DNA of 64,000 nt, taken from NCBI GenBank assembly GCA_041496385.1, contig JBGQEL010000010.1:7387-71386 (forward strand), in the 5' to 3' direction. A program made the position numbers and the translations under genes. The notes beneath the pieces were generated by a model. That model saw nothing but the letters and a program-made list of their open reading frames with translations. It was not told where the DNA came from and did not search any database. Shown here piece by piece: positions 55,476 to 64,000 of this stretch (its first letter is position 1; each line of letters begins with the position of its first letter). The stretch is from Candidatus Methylomirabilia bacterium (GTDB lineage: Bacteria; Methylomirabilota; Methylomirabilia; Rokubacteriales; CSP1-6).

Positions 55476-57359
55476 ATGGCCGTGGCGCTCACGATTCTGA
55501 CCGATCCGCGCGATCCGGCGGCGCGCCGCGTGCTCGATCCGGATCCCGGAGCATCGATCCTCAAGGCGGCGCACGCCGCCGGCATCGACATCACGGCGAC
55601 CTGCGGCGGCCGCGGCCGGTGCACCTCGTGCCGCGTCAAGTTCGTGAGCGGCACCGTGCCGCCGCCGACGATCATGGACGAGGTCCAGCTCGGCGACGAC
55701 CTCGTGCGCGAGGGCTTCCGCCTCGCCTGTCAGTGCGTGCCGGGTGAGCCCGTGACGGTCCAGGTCGCGCCCCCGCTCGAGGAGCTCTCGTTCCAGATCC
55801 TCGGCGCCGGCCCGGGCCCGCGTCAGCTCGGCCGTATGACGCTCGACTCCGGCATCCAGAAACAGCTCGTCAAGGTCGCCCTGCCCCGCGAGGAGCACCA
55901 TCAGACCTCCGACCTCGAGCAGCTCTGCGCCGCGGTAGGCGCGACGCCGGCCGAGGTCGGCGCCAGCGTCCTGGCGACGCTCCCGGCCGCGCTCCGCGAC
56001 GACCCCGACGGCGTCACCGTGACGACGTTCGCCGTCGGGGGCGGCCATCAACAAGTGTTGGCGGTCGAGCGCGGCGACACCGCCGGCATGAAGTTCGGCC
56101 TCGCGGTGGACATCGGCACGACCAGCGTCGTCACGACGCTGCTGGCACTCGACTCGGGCGAGCAGCTCGCCACGGTCTCGAGCCTGAATCCCCAGGCGGT
56201 GTTCGGCGGCGACCTCATGTCGCGCATCGCGTTCGCGCAGTTCAACCCGGCGAATCTCCGGAAGCTGCACACGCGCATCGTCGGGCTGCTCAACCAGCAC
56301 GTCGAGCAGATCTGCCGCGAGTCGGGCGTCCTGGCGAAGTGGATCTACAAGGTCGTCGTCGTCGGCAACACGTGCATGCATCACATCCTGCTCGGGATCG
56401 ACCCCTCGTACGTGGGCCTGGCACCCTACGCCCCGGTGATGCGCCACCCTCTGGTGCTGCCTGCGCGCGAGCTCTTTCTCAAGGTCGCGCCCGACGCCCG
56501 TGTCTGTCTCCTGCCGATCGTCGCGGGCTTCGTCGGCGCCGACGCGGTCGCGGTCGCGCTCGCCACGCGGATCTACGAGAGCCCCGAGGTCCGCATCGCG
56601 GTGGACATCGGCACGAACGGCGAGGTCCTCCTGGGCTCGCGCGACCGTCTCTGGGCGTGCTCGGCCCCCGCGGGTCCGGCGCTCGAGGGCGGGCAGATCC
56701 GCCACGGCATGCGCGGCGCGCTCGGTGCGATCGACCGCGTTGCCGTGGACGACGACATCCGCGTGCACACGATCGGCGAGGGGGCGGCGCTCGGCATCTG
56801 CGGCTCGGGATTGATCGACCTCCTCGCGGGCCTGCTCGACGCCGGCGCGATCGACCCGACGGGGCTCATCCAGGTGGAGGCCCGCGACACGCTGCCCGCG
56901 ACGCTCCGCGACCGGGTGGAGATGCGCGGCGAGGAGCGCGTGATCGTCGTCCTGCGCCCGGGCGAGGCGGGCGCGCGCGGGGAGATCGTCCTCACCCAGG
57001 ACGACGTCCGCCAGGTCCAGCTCGCGAAGGGCGCGATCGCCGCGGGCGCCGCGATGCTCCAGCACGTGGCCGGAATGCCGAGCGCGCGGGTGGCCGAGCT
57101 CATGCTGGCGGGCGGCTTCGGCAACTACGTCTCGATCGCCAGCGCGCTGCGCATCGGACTGATCCCGCCGCTTCCGCTCGGGCGGATCCGCTACGTGGGC
57201 AACGCGGCCTCCCTCGGGGCCCAGCTCTGCCTGCTCTCCGAGACCGAGCGCGCGCGCGCCGCCGAGATCGCGGGGCGGATCGAGCACGTGTCCCTGGCCG
57301 CCCATCCCGACTTCGAGCGGATCTTCGTGGACTCGATGAACTTCCCGCCGGCGCCATGA
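55476..57359 (+). CDS. RACo/RamA-family ASKHA ATPase with an N-terminal [2Fe-2S] ferredoxin (corrinoid reductive activator-like)
   Basis: CGGRGRCTSC...RLAC, AVDIGTT, FGGDLMSRI, DIGTNGE, AGPALEGG, GICGSG and AGGFG...GNAA. Confidence 0.9.
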   Translation: MAVALTILTDPRDPAARRVLDPDPGASILKAAHAAGIDITATCGGRGRCTSCRVKFVSGTVPPPTIMDEVQLGDDLVREGFRLACQCVPGEPVTVQVAPPLEELSFQILGAGPGPRQLGRMTLDSGIQKQLVKVALPREEHHQTSDLEQLCAAVGATPAEVGASVLATLPAALRDDPDGVTVTTFAVGGGHQQVLAVERGDTAGMKFGLAVDIGTTSVVTTLLALDSGEQLATVSSLNPQAVFGGDLMSRIAFAQFNPANLRKLHTRIVGLLNQHVEQICRESGVLAKWIYKVVVVGNTCMHHILLGIDPSYVGLAPYAPVMRHPLVLPARELFLKVAPDARVCLLPIVAGFVGADAVAVALATRIYESPEVRIAVDIGTNGEVLLGSRDRLWACSAPAGPALEGGQIRHGMRGALGAIDRVAVDDDIRVHTIGEGAALGICGSGLIDLLAGLLDAGAIDPTGLIQVEARDTLPATLRDRVEMRGEERVIVVLRPGEAGARGEIVLTQDDVRQVQLAKGAIAAGAAMLQHVAGMPSARVAELMLAGGFGNYVSIASALRIGLIPPLPLGRIRYVGNAASLGAQLCLLSETERARAAEIAGRIEHVSLAAHPDFERIFVDSMNFPPAP

Positions 57360-58210
57360 AAGGCGCGATCCCCGGCAAGGTCGTCGGCCTCGAGGTCGGC
57401 GCCGTCAGCCAGACGCTGGACGCGCGCTGGCTCATGGCCTACGCGGCGGGGCTGGGCGAGACCGACCCGCGCTACTACGACACGGAGGCGCCCGGCGGGC
57501 CGCTGGCCCACCCGATGTTCGCCGCGTGCTACGAGTGGCCCGTGGCGCTCTCGCTGCGCGCGAAGACGATCAAGCCCGAGCTGCTGCCCCTCGGCGTCCA
57601 GACGAGCCACCACCTCGTCATCCACCGGCAGCCCGCGGCGAGTGATCGCCTGCTCACCCGCGGGCAGGTCGTCACGGTCAAGCCGGTCCGCGCGGGCACC
57701 CTCGTCGTCACGCGCTATTCCAGCGTGGACCGCAACGGCCGGCCCGTCACGACGACCGACTATGGCTCGATCTTCCGCCGCGTGACCACGGAGGGCGAGG
57801 CGAGCGCCGCCGTGCCGCCGCTGCCACGTCCGGAGCCGCCGGCGGGCGACGAGGTGCGCTGGATCGCGACGGTCGCCGTCGGCCTGCAGGCCGCCCACGT
57901 CTACTCCGAGTGCGCGCGCATCTGGAACCCGATCCACACCGACATCGCCGTCGCCCGCGCCGCGGGGCTTCCCGGGCTGATCCTGCACGGCACCGCGACC
58001 ATCGCGCTCGCGGTCTCGCAGGTGATCCAGCGCGACCTGGCCGGCGACCCGACGCGGGTCGCCGAGCTCACCGCGAGGCTCGCGGGCATGGTCTCGATGC
58101 CGTCGAGCCTCGTCGTTCGCGGCCGCGCGCGCGCCGGGAACCGGGTCGCCTTCGACGTCATGAACGAGCGTGGCGAGCCGGTGCTGAGCGACGGCGTCAT
58201 CCGCGCATGA
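57356..58210 (+). CDS. Tandem hot-dog MaoC-family dehydratase
   Basis: N-terminal MaoC-like domain (YAAGLGE...AHPMF) and C-terminal WNPIHTD...GLILHG motif. Confidence 0.82.
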   Translation: MKGAIPGKVVGLEVGAVSQTLDARWLMAYAAGLGETDPRYYDTEAPGGPLAHPMFAACYEWPVALSLRAKTIKPELLPLGVQTSHHLVIHRQPAASDRLLTRGQVVTVKPVRAGTLVVTRYSSVDRNGRPVTTTDYGSIFRRVTTEGEASAAVPPLPRPEPPAGDEVRWIATVAVGLQAAHVYSECARIWNPIHTDIAVARAAGLPGLILHGTATIALAVSQVIQRDLAGDPTRVAELTARLAGMVSMPSSLVVRGRARAGNRVAFDVMNERGEPVLSDGVIRA

Positions 58211-59229
58211 AGCAGATGGGGCGGCGCGAACGGCTCCAGGCCGCGATCAACCGGGAACCCGTGGATCGGACCCCGTATGCGGTCTGGCGCCACTTCCCGG
58301 CCGTGGACCGCTCGCCCGCCGGCCTCGCGCAGGCGACGCTCCGCTTCCATGAGCGCTACGGCTCGGACTTCATCAAGATCACACCGCGCGGCGGCTACGC
58401 GGTCGAGGCGTGGGGCTGCGTCGAGAGCGACGAGCCCAGGCCCGACGGCCACCGGCCCTGCCGCTCCTGCGCCGTGCGCGAAGCCTCGGACTGGAAGAAG
58501 ATCCGGCCGCTGGACCCCACGTCCGCGCCCGGCTGGTCCGAGCAGTTCGAGACGATCGTCCGCATGGGCTTCGACCGGCGCATCGGCGACGCGCCGGTGC
58601 TGCCGACGCTCTTCTCGCCGCTCTCGCTCGCGCGGAAGCTCTCGGGTGACCGCCTCACGCACGACCTGCGCGAGCAGCCCGGCTCGGTCACCGACGCCCT
58701 CGAGGTCATCACCGAGACAGTCGTCCGGTTCGCGGCGCTGGCGCTCGCCGAGGGCGTCTCGGGCATCTTCTACTCGATCCAGGCGGCGAGCCGCTCGGCC
58801 GGCTCCGAGGACGACTACGCGCGCTTCGGCGAGCCCTACGACCGCCGCGTGCTCGAGTCCGTCCGCGACAAGTCCAGCCTGACGATCATCCACTGCCACG
58901 GGGATCGCCTCATGTTCGACCGGCTGGCCTCGCTCCCCGGCCACGCCTGGAACTGGGACGACCGGACGGCCGGCCCGTCCCTGGCCGAGGTCAAAGGCAA
59001 GACGGTCGGCGCGGTCATCGGCGGGCTCGATCAGTGGGGGACGCTGCGGGACGGAACTCCGGACCAGGCTGTGGCCGAGGCGCAGGATGCCCTCGCCCAG
59101 ACCGGGGCTCTCGGGCTCATCGTGGGTCCCGGATGCGTGCTGCCGGCGAACACGCCGGACGCGAACGTCGCGGCGGTCGTGCAGGCTCTCGGCGGTCCAC
59201 TCAGGAAGATCCCCGGCGTCACGCCCTGA
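58207..59229 (+). CDS. UroD/MtaA-superfamily TIM-barrel protein
   Basis: RERL...DRTPYAVWRHF, TLFSPLS, GIFYS, IIHCHG and IVGPGCVLP. Confidence 0.82.
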   Translation: MKQMGRRERLQAAINREPVDRTPYAVWRHFPAVDRSPAGLAQATLRFHERYGSDFIKITPRGGYAVEAWGCVESDEPRPDGHRPCRSCAVREASDWKKIRPLDPTSAPGWSEQFETIVRMGFDRRIGDAPVLPTLFSPLSLARKLSGDRLTHDLREQPGSVTDALEVITETVVRFAALALAEGVSGIFYSIQAASRSAGSEDDYARFGEPYDRRVLESVRDKSSLTIIHCHGDRLMFDRLASLPGHAWNWDDRTAGPSLAEVKGKTVGAVIGGLDQWGTLRDGTPDQAVAEAQDALAQTGALGLIVGPGCVLPANTPDANVAAVVQALGGPLRKIPGVTP

Positions 59230-59244
59230 GTGGCGCTCCGGAAT

Positions 59245-59388
59245 CTAACGCGAGCGGAGACGCGACGCGCGGACGCGCTCGACCCGGCGGCGCCGCTCGA
59301 TGCGCGCTTCGCGCCACTCGAAGGCAGCGACCCCGCAGGCGGTCAAGCCGGCCATCATGCCCCACACCGCGATCATCATCCAGTCCAT
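59245..59388 (-). CDS. Putative small membrane protein (47 aa)
   Basis: MDWMMIAVWGMMAGLTACGVAAFEWREARIERRRRVERVRASRLRSR: one TM helix plus an Arg-rich tail, filling an otherwise empty gap. Confidence 0.5.
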   Translation of the reverse strand: MDWMMIAVWGMMAGLTACGVAAFEWREARIERRRRVERVRASRLRSR

Positions 59389-59534
59389 GCGTATAGGACG
59401 CTGCATCCGAAATGCCAGATGCGAAAGGCCCAGGAATCTTGATGTCCGCTCGGCAGCGTCGTTGAAGCTCGGGCGAAAACGGACCAGCGTCGGGCGCCGC
59501 CCGGCGCATTCCTGTCAGGGCGCGCTCGTCTCGA

Positions 59535-60614
59535 TCACTTCCCGACGTTAAACCGGAAATGGCAGACCTCGCCGTCCTGGACGACGTAGTCCTTGCCCTC
59601 GAGTCGGAGCTGGCCCTTGGCGCGCAGGTCGGCGAACGAGCCTTCTGCTGCGACGAGCTCCGCGTAGCCGTTGACCTCGGCCCGGATGAAGCCGCGCGCG
59701 ATGTCGGAATGCACGGTCCCGGCGGCGTCCTGGGCCCTGGTTCCCGCCGGGATCGGCCAGGCGCGGACCTCATCCTCACCGACCGTGAAGAACGAGACGA
59801 GTCCAAGCAACGCGAAACAGTCACTTAGGACTCGATTGATGGCAGGCTCCTTGAGGCCGAGATCGGCCAGAAAGGCCTCCTGCTCCTCCCCGGAGAGCTG
59901 AGCCACCTCGGTCTCGATGACGGCCGAGACCCATCCCACGCGGGTCTTCGCCTGGGCGGCCACCGGCGCGAGCCCGTACTTGTCGGCGACCCGGGGTCCG
60001 TCGCCAATCGCCTTCTCGTCGAGATTCAGGCAGTGGAGGATCGGCTTCTCGGAGAGGAAGGTGAAGCCGCGGATGGCCTTGGTCTCGTCGGCCGAGAGAT
60101 CCACCGACCGGAGCGGGGTCTCGGCCTCGAGCGCCGCCTTCAGGCGGCGGAGAATCTCCTGCTCCTTGACCTCCGCCTCCTTGCGCTGCTTCTTGATCGA
60201 TACCTCCAGACGCTCGAGCCGCCGTTCGACGACCTCCAGGTCCGCGAGCAGCAGCTCGGTCTCCAGGTCGACGATGTCGCGCCTGGGGTCCGGGGCCCCC
60301 GCGACCTCGTCGGCAAAGGCCCGCACCACGTGCAGGAGCGCGTCGGCGTTCCTGAATTCCTTGGTCTCGAGCCCTCCGCGCTCGCCCTTGGCGATGCCGG
60401 CGAGGTCGACGACCTCGAACGTCGCGAACGTGGTCTTCTTCGGCTTGAAGAGCGCCGAGAGCCGATCCACGCGCGGGTCGGCGACCCTGGCGACGCCCGC
60501 GTGCAGCTCGGCGCGCCCCGTGTCGAAGCGGGCCGTCTGCACGTTCGAGCCCGTGAGCAGGTTGAACAGCGTCGTCTTTCCGGACTTCGGGAGCCCGATC
60601 AGGCCGATCTTCAT
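59535..60614 (-). CDS. ychF: Ribosome-binding ATPase YchF
   Basis: GLPKSGKTTLFN, VDLAGI, FFTVGEDEVRAW, AGTVHSDIARGFIRAE and EGKDYVVQDG. Confidence 0.95.
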   Translation of the reverse strand: MKIGLIGLPKSGKTTLFNLLTGSNVQTARFDTGRAELHAGVARVADPRVDRLSALFKPKKTTFATFEVVDLAGIAKGERGGLETKEFRNADALLHVVRAFADEVAGAPDPRRDIVDLETELLLADLEVVERRLERLEVSIKKQRKEAEVKEQEILRRLKAALEAETPLRSVDLSADETKAIRGFTFLSEKPILHCLNLDEKAIGDGPRVADKYGLAPVAAQAKTRVGWVSAVIETEVAQLSGEEQEAFLADLGLKEPAINRVLSDCFALLGLVSFFTVGEDEVRAWPIPAGTRAQDAAGTVHSDIARGFIRAEVNGYAELVAAEGSFADLRAKGQLRLEGKDYVVQDGEVCHFRFNVGK

Positions 60615-60652
60615 GGATCGATTATGCCAGGTGTCGTATCGTTAGGGGCGCT

Positions 60653-61534
60653 CTGAGCCATCCCGCCAAAGGCATCGACGCCAAGGGCGCAATCCTCGCG
60701 CTGGTCGTCTCGCTCCTTTGGGGCGCCAACCCGGTCGCCATCAAGCTCGGGCTCGACGACGCGCCGCCCATCCGCTTGGCCTGGATGCGCTTCCTCGTGG
60801 GCGGCGTCGTGATCACGCTTTGGGCGTGGACGACGGGACGGTTCGCCAGCTTCCGGATCGAGCGCGACGAGTGGCGCCCGCTCACCGTCGTGGGCCTTCT
60901 CCTGACCACGCAGGTCGGCTTCATGAACGTGGGCACCTCGCTGACGAGCGCCGCGCACTCCGCGATCCTCTTGAACCTCTACGCGGTCCACACCGTCCTC
61001 CTCGCCCACTTCCTCATCCCGGGCGACCGGCTGACCCCGCGCAAGCTCGTCGGCGTGCTCATCGCCTACGCAGGCATCGTCCTGCTCCTCGCCGGCCAGG
61101 CGGCGCACGGCTCGGCCACGCTGCTCGGCGACGCCATCATGTTCGTCTCCTCGCTCATCCTGGCCGAGCGAACGATCTTCCTCGCGCGCGCCGTCCAGCA
61201 CCTCGATCCAGCCAAGCTCCTGCTCGCCCAGGCGCTCATCGGCACGGTGATCTTCGTCGTCGTCTCGGCCGTGTTCGAGCCCGCGCCGACACGCTGGACC
61301 GCAAACCTCGCCGGCTCGATCGCCTACCAGGGCGTCGTCATCGCGGGGTTCAACTTCGTCGTGAATCTCTGGCTCCTGCGGCACTACCGCCCGAGCGCGC
61401 TCGCCGCCTTCTTCCTGACCCAGCCGCTCTTCGGCGTCGTGGCGGCCGCCCTCGTCACGGGCGACCGCCTCACGGCGGACCTCCTCCTGGCGGGCGTCGC
61501 GGTCACGATCGGCATCGGCCTCACGAACCGCTGA
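60653..61534 (+). CDS. DMT/EamA-family transporter
   Basis: Two EamA repeats (LLWGANPVAIK...; QPLFGVVAA). The frame is open upstream of the track start (60776) to CTG 60653, restoring the first TM helix. Confidence 0.88.
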   Translation: MSHPAKGIDAKGAILALVVSLLWGANPVAIKLGLDDAPPIRLAWMRFLVGGVVITLWAWTTGRFASFRIERDEWRPLTVVGLLLTTQVGFMNVGTSLTSAAHSAILLNLYAVHTVLLAHFLIPGDRLTPRKLVGVLIAYAGIVLLLAGQAAHGSATLLGDAIMFVSSLILAERTIFLARAVQHLDPAKLLLAQALIGTVIFVVVSAVFEPAPTRWTANLAGSIAYQGVVIAGFNFVVNLWLLRHYRPSALAAFFLTQPLFGVVAAALVTGDRLTADLLLAGVAVTIGIGLTNR

Positions 61535-61552
61535 GCCCGGTATAATCGGGCC

Positions 61553-61918
61553 ATGCCGACGCGGCCCTCCAAGACCATCGAGGTCGTGCCGAACCCCCAT
61601 CCCGACCGCGACTACGAGGTCGCGATGACCGTGCCCGAGTTCACCTGCCTCTGCCCGCTCACGGGGCAGCCCGACTTCGCGACGATCCGGATCCGCTATG
61701 TGCCCGACCAGCACCTGGTCGAGCTGAAGGCGCTGAAGCTCTACATCTGGTCGTATCGCGACGAGGGCGCGTTCCACGAGGACGTCACCAACCGCATCCT
61801 GGACGACCTCGTGGCGGCGGCCCGGCCGCGGTGGGCCGAGGTGATCGGCGACTTCAGCGTGCGCGGGGGCATCAAGACCGAGGTGCGCGCGACCCACGGA
61901 AAGCGCCCCGAACTCTAG
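61553..61918 (+). CDS. queF: NADPH-dependent preQ0 reductase (type I)
   Basis: [34 protein letters not shown] and VRGGI. Confidence 0.95.
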   Translation: MPTRPSKTIEVVPNPHPDRDYEVAMTVPEFTCLCPLTGQPDFATIRIRYVPDQHLVELKALKLYIWSYRDEGAFHEDVTNRILDDLVAAARPRWAEVIGDFSVRGGIKTEVRATHGKRPEL

Positions 61919-64000
61919 CGCGCGCCGCCGCCGTCCCCCACCAGCACGAACGGCGCCCAGAAGACCGGGTGCGCGTAGCTCGCGATCACCTGCTTCGTCG
62001 CTGCGTCCACCAGCGCGCCGTCGTCGATCATCCAGTTCAGCGTCCGCTGGAGCGCGCGCGCGCGCGTGAGGCGCGCGTCGGCGGCCTGGCGCCGGAAGAG
62101 GTCCGTCGTGAGCGCGCGCGCCGAGGTGGTTTCCACGGCCCAGTGGCTCACGAGCAGCGCGCGTGCGCCCGCATAAAAGAACGCGCGCCCGAGCCCGGAG
62201 ACCGCCTCCGACCCGGCGCCGTTGCCGCTGGCCGTGTTGCAGGCCGAGAGCACGACCCAGTCGGCGTCGAGGCGGAGCGCCAGGATCTTCTCGAGCGTAA
62301 GGAGGCCGTCGCCGTCGACCTGCGCGACCTCCGGCGCGGCGAGCGCCAGGGCGGGCTGCGTCAGGCCGTCCAGGTCCCCCGCGACGAGCCCGTGGGTTGC
62401 AAACGCGATGACGCGATAGCGCGCGAGGTCGAGCGACTCCACGCTGCCCTCGTTCGCGCGCCGGCCGAGGAACACGTCCCGGGCGGGATCGGCCCGCAGG
62501 GCGCCGGCGATGCTCCGGATCTCGTCGGCGGTGTCGGGCAGGCGCGGGAGCAGCTCCAGGCGCACGCTGTCGCTCAGCCGGACCCGGATGTTCCGGAGCG
62601 AGACGGTGGCGCTCCGCAGGCTCATCTCGGGGCGCGGCGGGGGACCGCCCTCGGCCTCGCGCGCCTGCTCGAGACTGAAGTAGGGATCGCCGAAGCCCAC
62701 GAACGGCCGCCGCCCGGGCGCGCCCGGAGGCACGCTCCGGAGCGTCACCAGCGCTCCGGCCGAGGGGAGCACGGTCACGGCGTGGGTCCTCACGAGCCAC
62801 GGCACGCTCCGGTAGCGGGAGAAGAGCGCGCCCTCCTCGGGCCCGAGCGTCGCGGGCCGCGTGGGCAGCAGCGCGAACGGGAGCTGCCCGAGCGGGCCGT
62901 GGGGCACGACGATCAGGCTCTGGGCGCCCGCCCATGCGCTCCTCACCGGCTCCAGGACCTGCCGGTACAGCTCCTGCGCCGCGGGCACGTCGAACTCCGG
63001 GATCTCGCCAAAAGTTCGCGCGCCGATGTCGAGCGCCTCCCGGAGGTGTCGCACCGTCGCCTCGAGCGGCGCGGCGCCGACCGCCGTCGACGCGAACGCC
63101 ACGGGACCGGTGGCGGGCACGCCCCAGACGAACGTGCGCTCGGCCGTCACGAAGATCGAGACGACCGCCTCGCCCGGTCGCAGCGCGGTACGGACCTGGG
63201 CGATCGTCGCCGGCGAGGGCTGGACGAGCTGGGCGTAGGCCGGGAACGCCCGGTGGATCTCCGCGGCGGCCGCCGCCCGCTCCGCGCGCAGTCGCTCGAC
63301 CTCCACGCGGAGCTGGCGCGCCGCCTGCTCGTCCTGCGCGGTGCTCAGCAGCGCAGCCAGGTGCCCCTGGAGCGCGGCCAGCTGCTTGGCGGCGTCCTGC
63401 TCGCGCCGCACGAGCCCGGCCAGCGCCGGCGTGGCGGCCGCGGCGCGAGCCGCGCTCGCGTCGAGCGCCCGCTCGACCGCGCGGCCGCGCACGACCTCCG
63501 CCACCCGGAAGGCCTCGCCGACGGCGTCGGTCCCGTCCGCGAGCGGGGTCCCCTGCACCTCGGCGAGCAATCGGATGTAGCGCGCCAGGATGAAGGCGGC
63601 CTGGCGGTCGCGGGCGGTGCGGCTCGACGCCTCGTCGTCGGTGTCCTGCGCGCGCGCGAGCAGAAGGGGCGTGACCTCGGCGAACTCCGCCAGCGCGCTC
63701 CGCCGGTCGCCGCGTTCCGCGTTGATGACCGCACGGAACCCCCGGTACAGCACGACCACCGGATCGCGCTCGGCGGGATCCCGGCGCTGGCTCGCGATCA
63801 CCCGCTGGCACATCTGGAGCGCCTCCCCCACACGACCGGCGTGCAACAGCGCCAGCGCGAAATCGGGGTCGCCGAGGAGGAACCGCGCGGCCGCCGCGTC
63901 CGCAGATCGCTCGCGGATCCGGTCGTACTCGACGAGGGCGTCCTGCCAGCGCTCCTGGCCGATCAGGGCGAGGGCGAGGAACTTCCGCGCGCGTCCGACC
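61915..64000 (-). CDS. TPR plus CHAT (caspase-like) protein, 5'-truncated by the window
   Basis: [18 protein letters not shown] (His), VVLSACNT (Cys), [11 protein letters not shown] and HPVFWAPF; frame open to the window edge. Confidence 0.9.
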   Translation of the reverse strand, partial: VGRARKFLALALIGQERWQDALVEYDRIRERSADAAAARFLLGDPDFALALLHAGRVGEALQMCQRVIASQRRDPAERDPVVVLYRGFRAVINAERGDRRSALAEFAEVTPLLLARAQDTDDEASSRTARDRQAAFILARYIRLLAEVQGTPLADGTDAVGEAFRVAEVVRGRAVERALDASAARAAAATPALAGLVRREQDAAKQLAALQGHLAALLSTAQDEQAARQLRVEVERLRAERAAAAAEIHRAFPAYAQLVQPSPATIAQVRTALRPGEAVVSIFVTAERTFVWGVPATGPVAFASTAVGAAPLEATVRHLREALDIGARTFGEIPEFDVPAAQELYRQVLEPVRSAWAGAQSLIVVPHGPLGQLPFALLPTRPATLGPEEGALFSRYRSVPWLVRTHAVTVLPSAGALVTLRSVPPGAPGRRPFVGFGDPYFSLEQAREAEGGPPPRPEMSLRSATVSLRNIRVRLSDSVRLELLPRLPDTADEIRSIAGALRADPARDVFLGRRANEGSVESLDLARYRVIAFATHGLVAGDLDGLTQPALALAAPEVAQVDGDGLLTLEKILALRLDADWVVLSACNTASGNGAGSEAVSGLGRAFFYAGARALLVSHWAVETTSARALTTDLFRRQAADARLTRARALQRTLNWMIDDGALVDAATKQVIASYAHPVFWAPFVLVGDGGGAR

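Noticed and set aside
58207-59229. hemE completing the hem operon
   Set aside because: The UroD fold is plausible, but the canonical HemE N-terminal (WxMRQAGR-type) motif is absent.
59400-59534. c-di-GMP or other riboswitch
   Set aside because: Only isolated GAAA words; the conserved aptamer stems could not be matched.
60611-63811. 1066-aa plus-strand ORF
   Set aside because: Off-frame overlap of the DMT, queF and CHAT genes; Arg/Gly/Ala/Pro-rich with no motifs.

Overview
Very GC-rich bacterial chromosomal window (about 70% GC by eye). Gene content and synteny suggest a Rokubacteria/Methylomirabilota- or Deltaproteobacteria-like soil organism, which is an inference only. Most genes are on the minus strand, often with overlapping stop/start codons. 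In coordinate order the window holds topA-dprA, cpoB, moeA, and a complete alternative complex III operon (actABCDEF). Next is a tetrapyrrole operon (ccsA/hemX-hemA-hemC-hemD-hemB...hemL) with a CymR-like Rrf2/CysK/sulfur-carrier/JAB-peptidase cassette inserted in it. A selenocysteine formate dehydrogenase operon follows (in-frame UGA plus SECIS, NrfD-type anchor, fdhE), then fdhD, truA and a long ppdK-ilvB-ilvN-ilvC-psd-pssA-leuA-leuB-asd run. After that come an oxalate-oxidoreductase-like operon with a tripartite tricarboxylate transporter, TerC and a FadR regulator, then pdxR-pdxST, an amidase with a small partner, a RACo/MaoC/UroD-family trio, ychF, a DMT transporter, queF and a partial TPR-CHAT protease. 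The strongest hidden signal is an unannotated Ile/Leu-rich 27-aa leader peptide with a complete set of mutually exclusive hairpins and an intrinsic terminator. It sits directly upstream of ppdK rather than ilvB, and so appears to place pyruvate phosphate dikinase under branched-chain amino acid attenuation. I saw no rRNA, tRNA, CRISPR array or transposase. All product calls come from recalled motifs; no database search was run.
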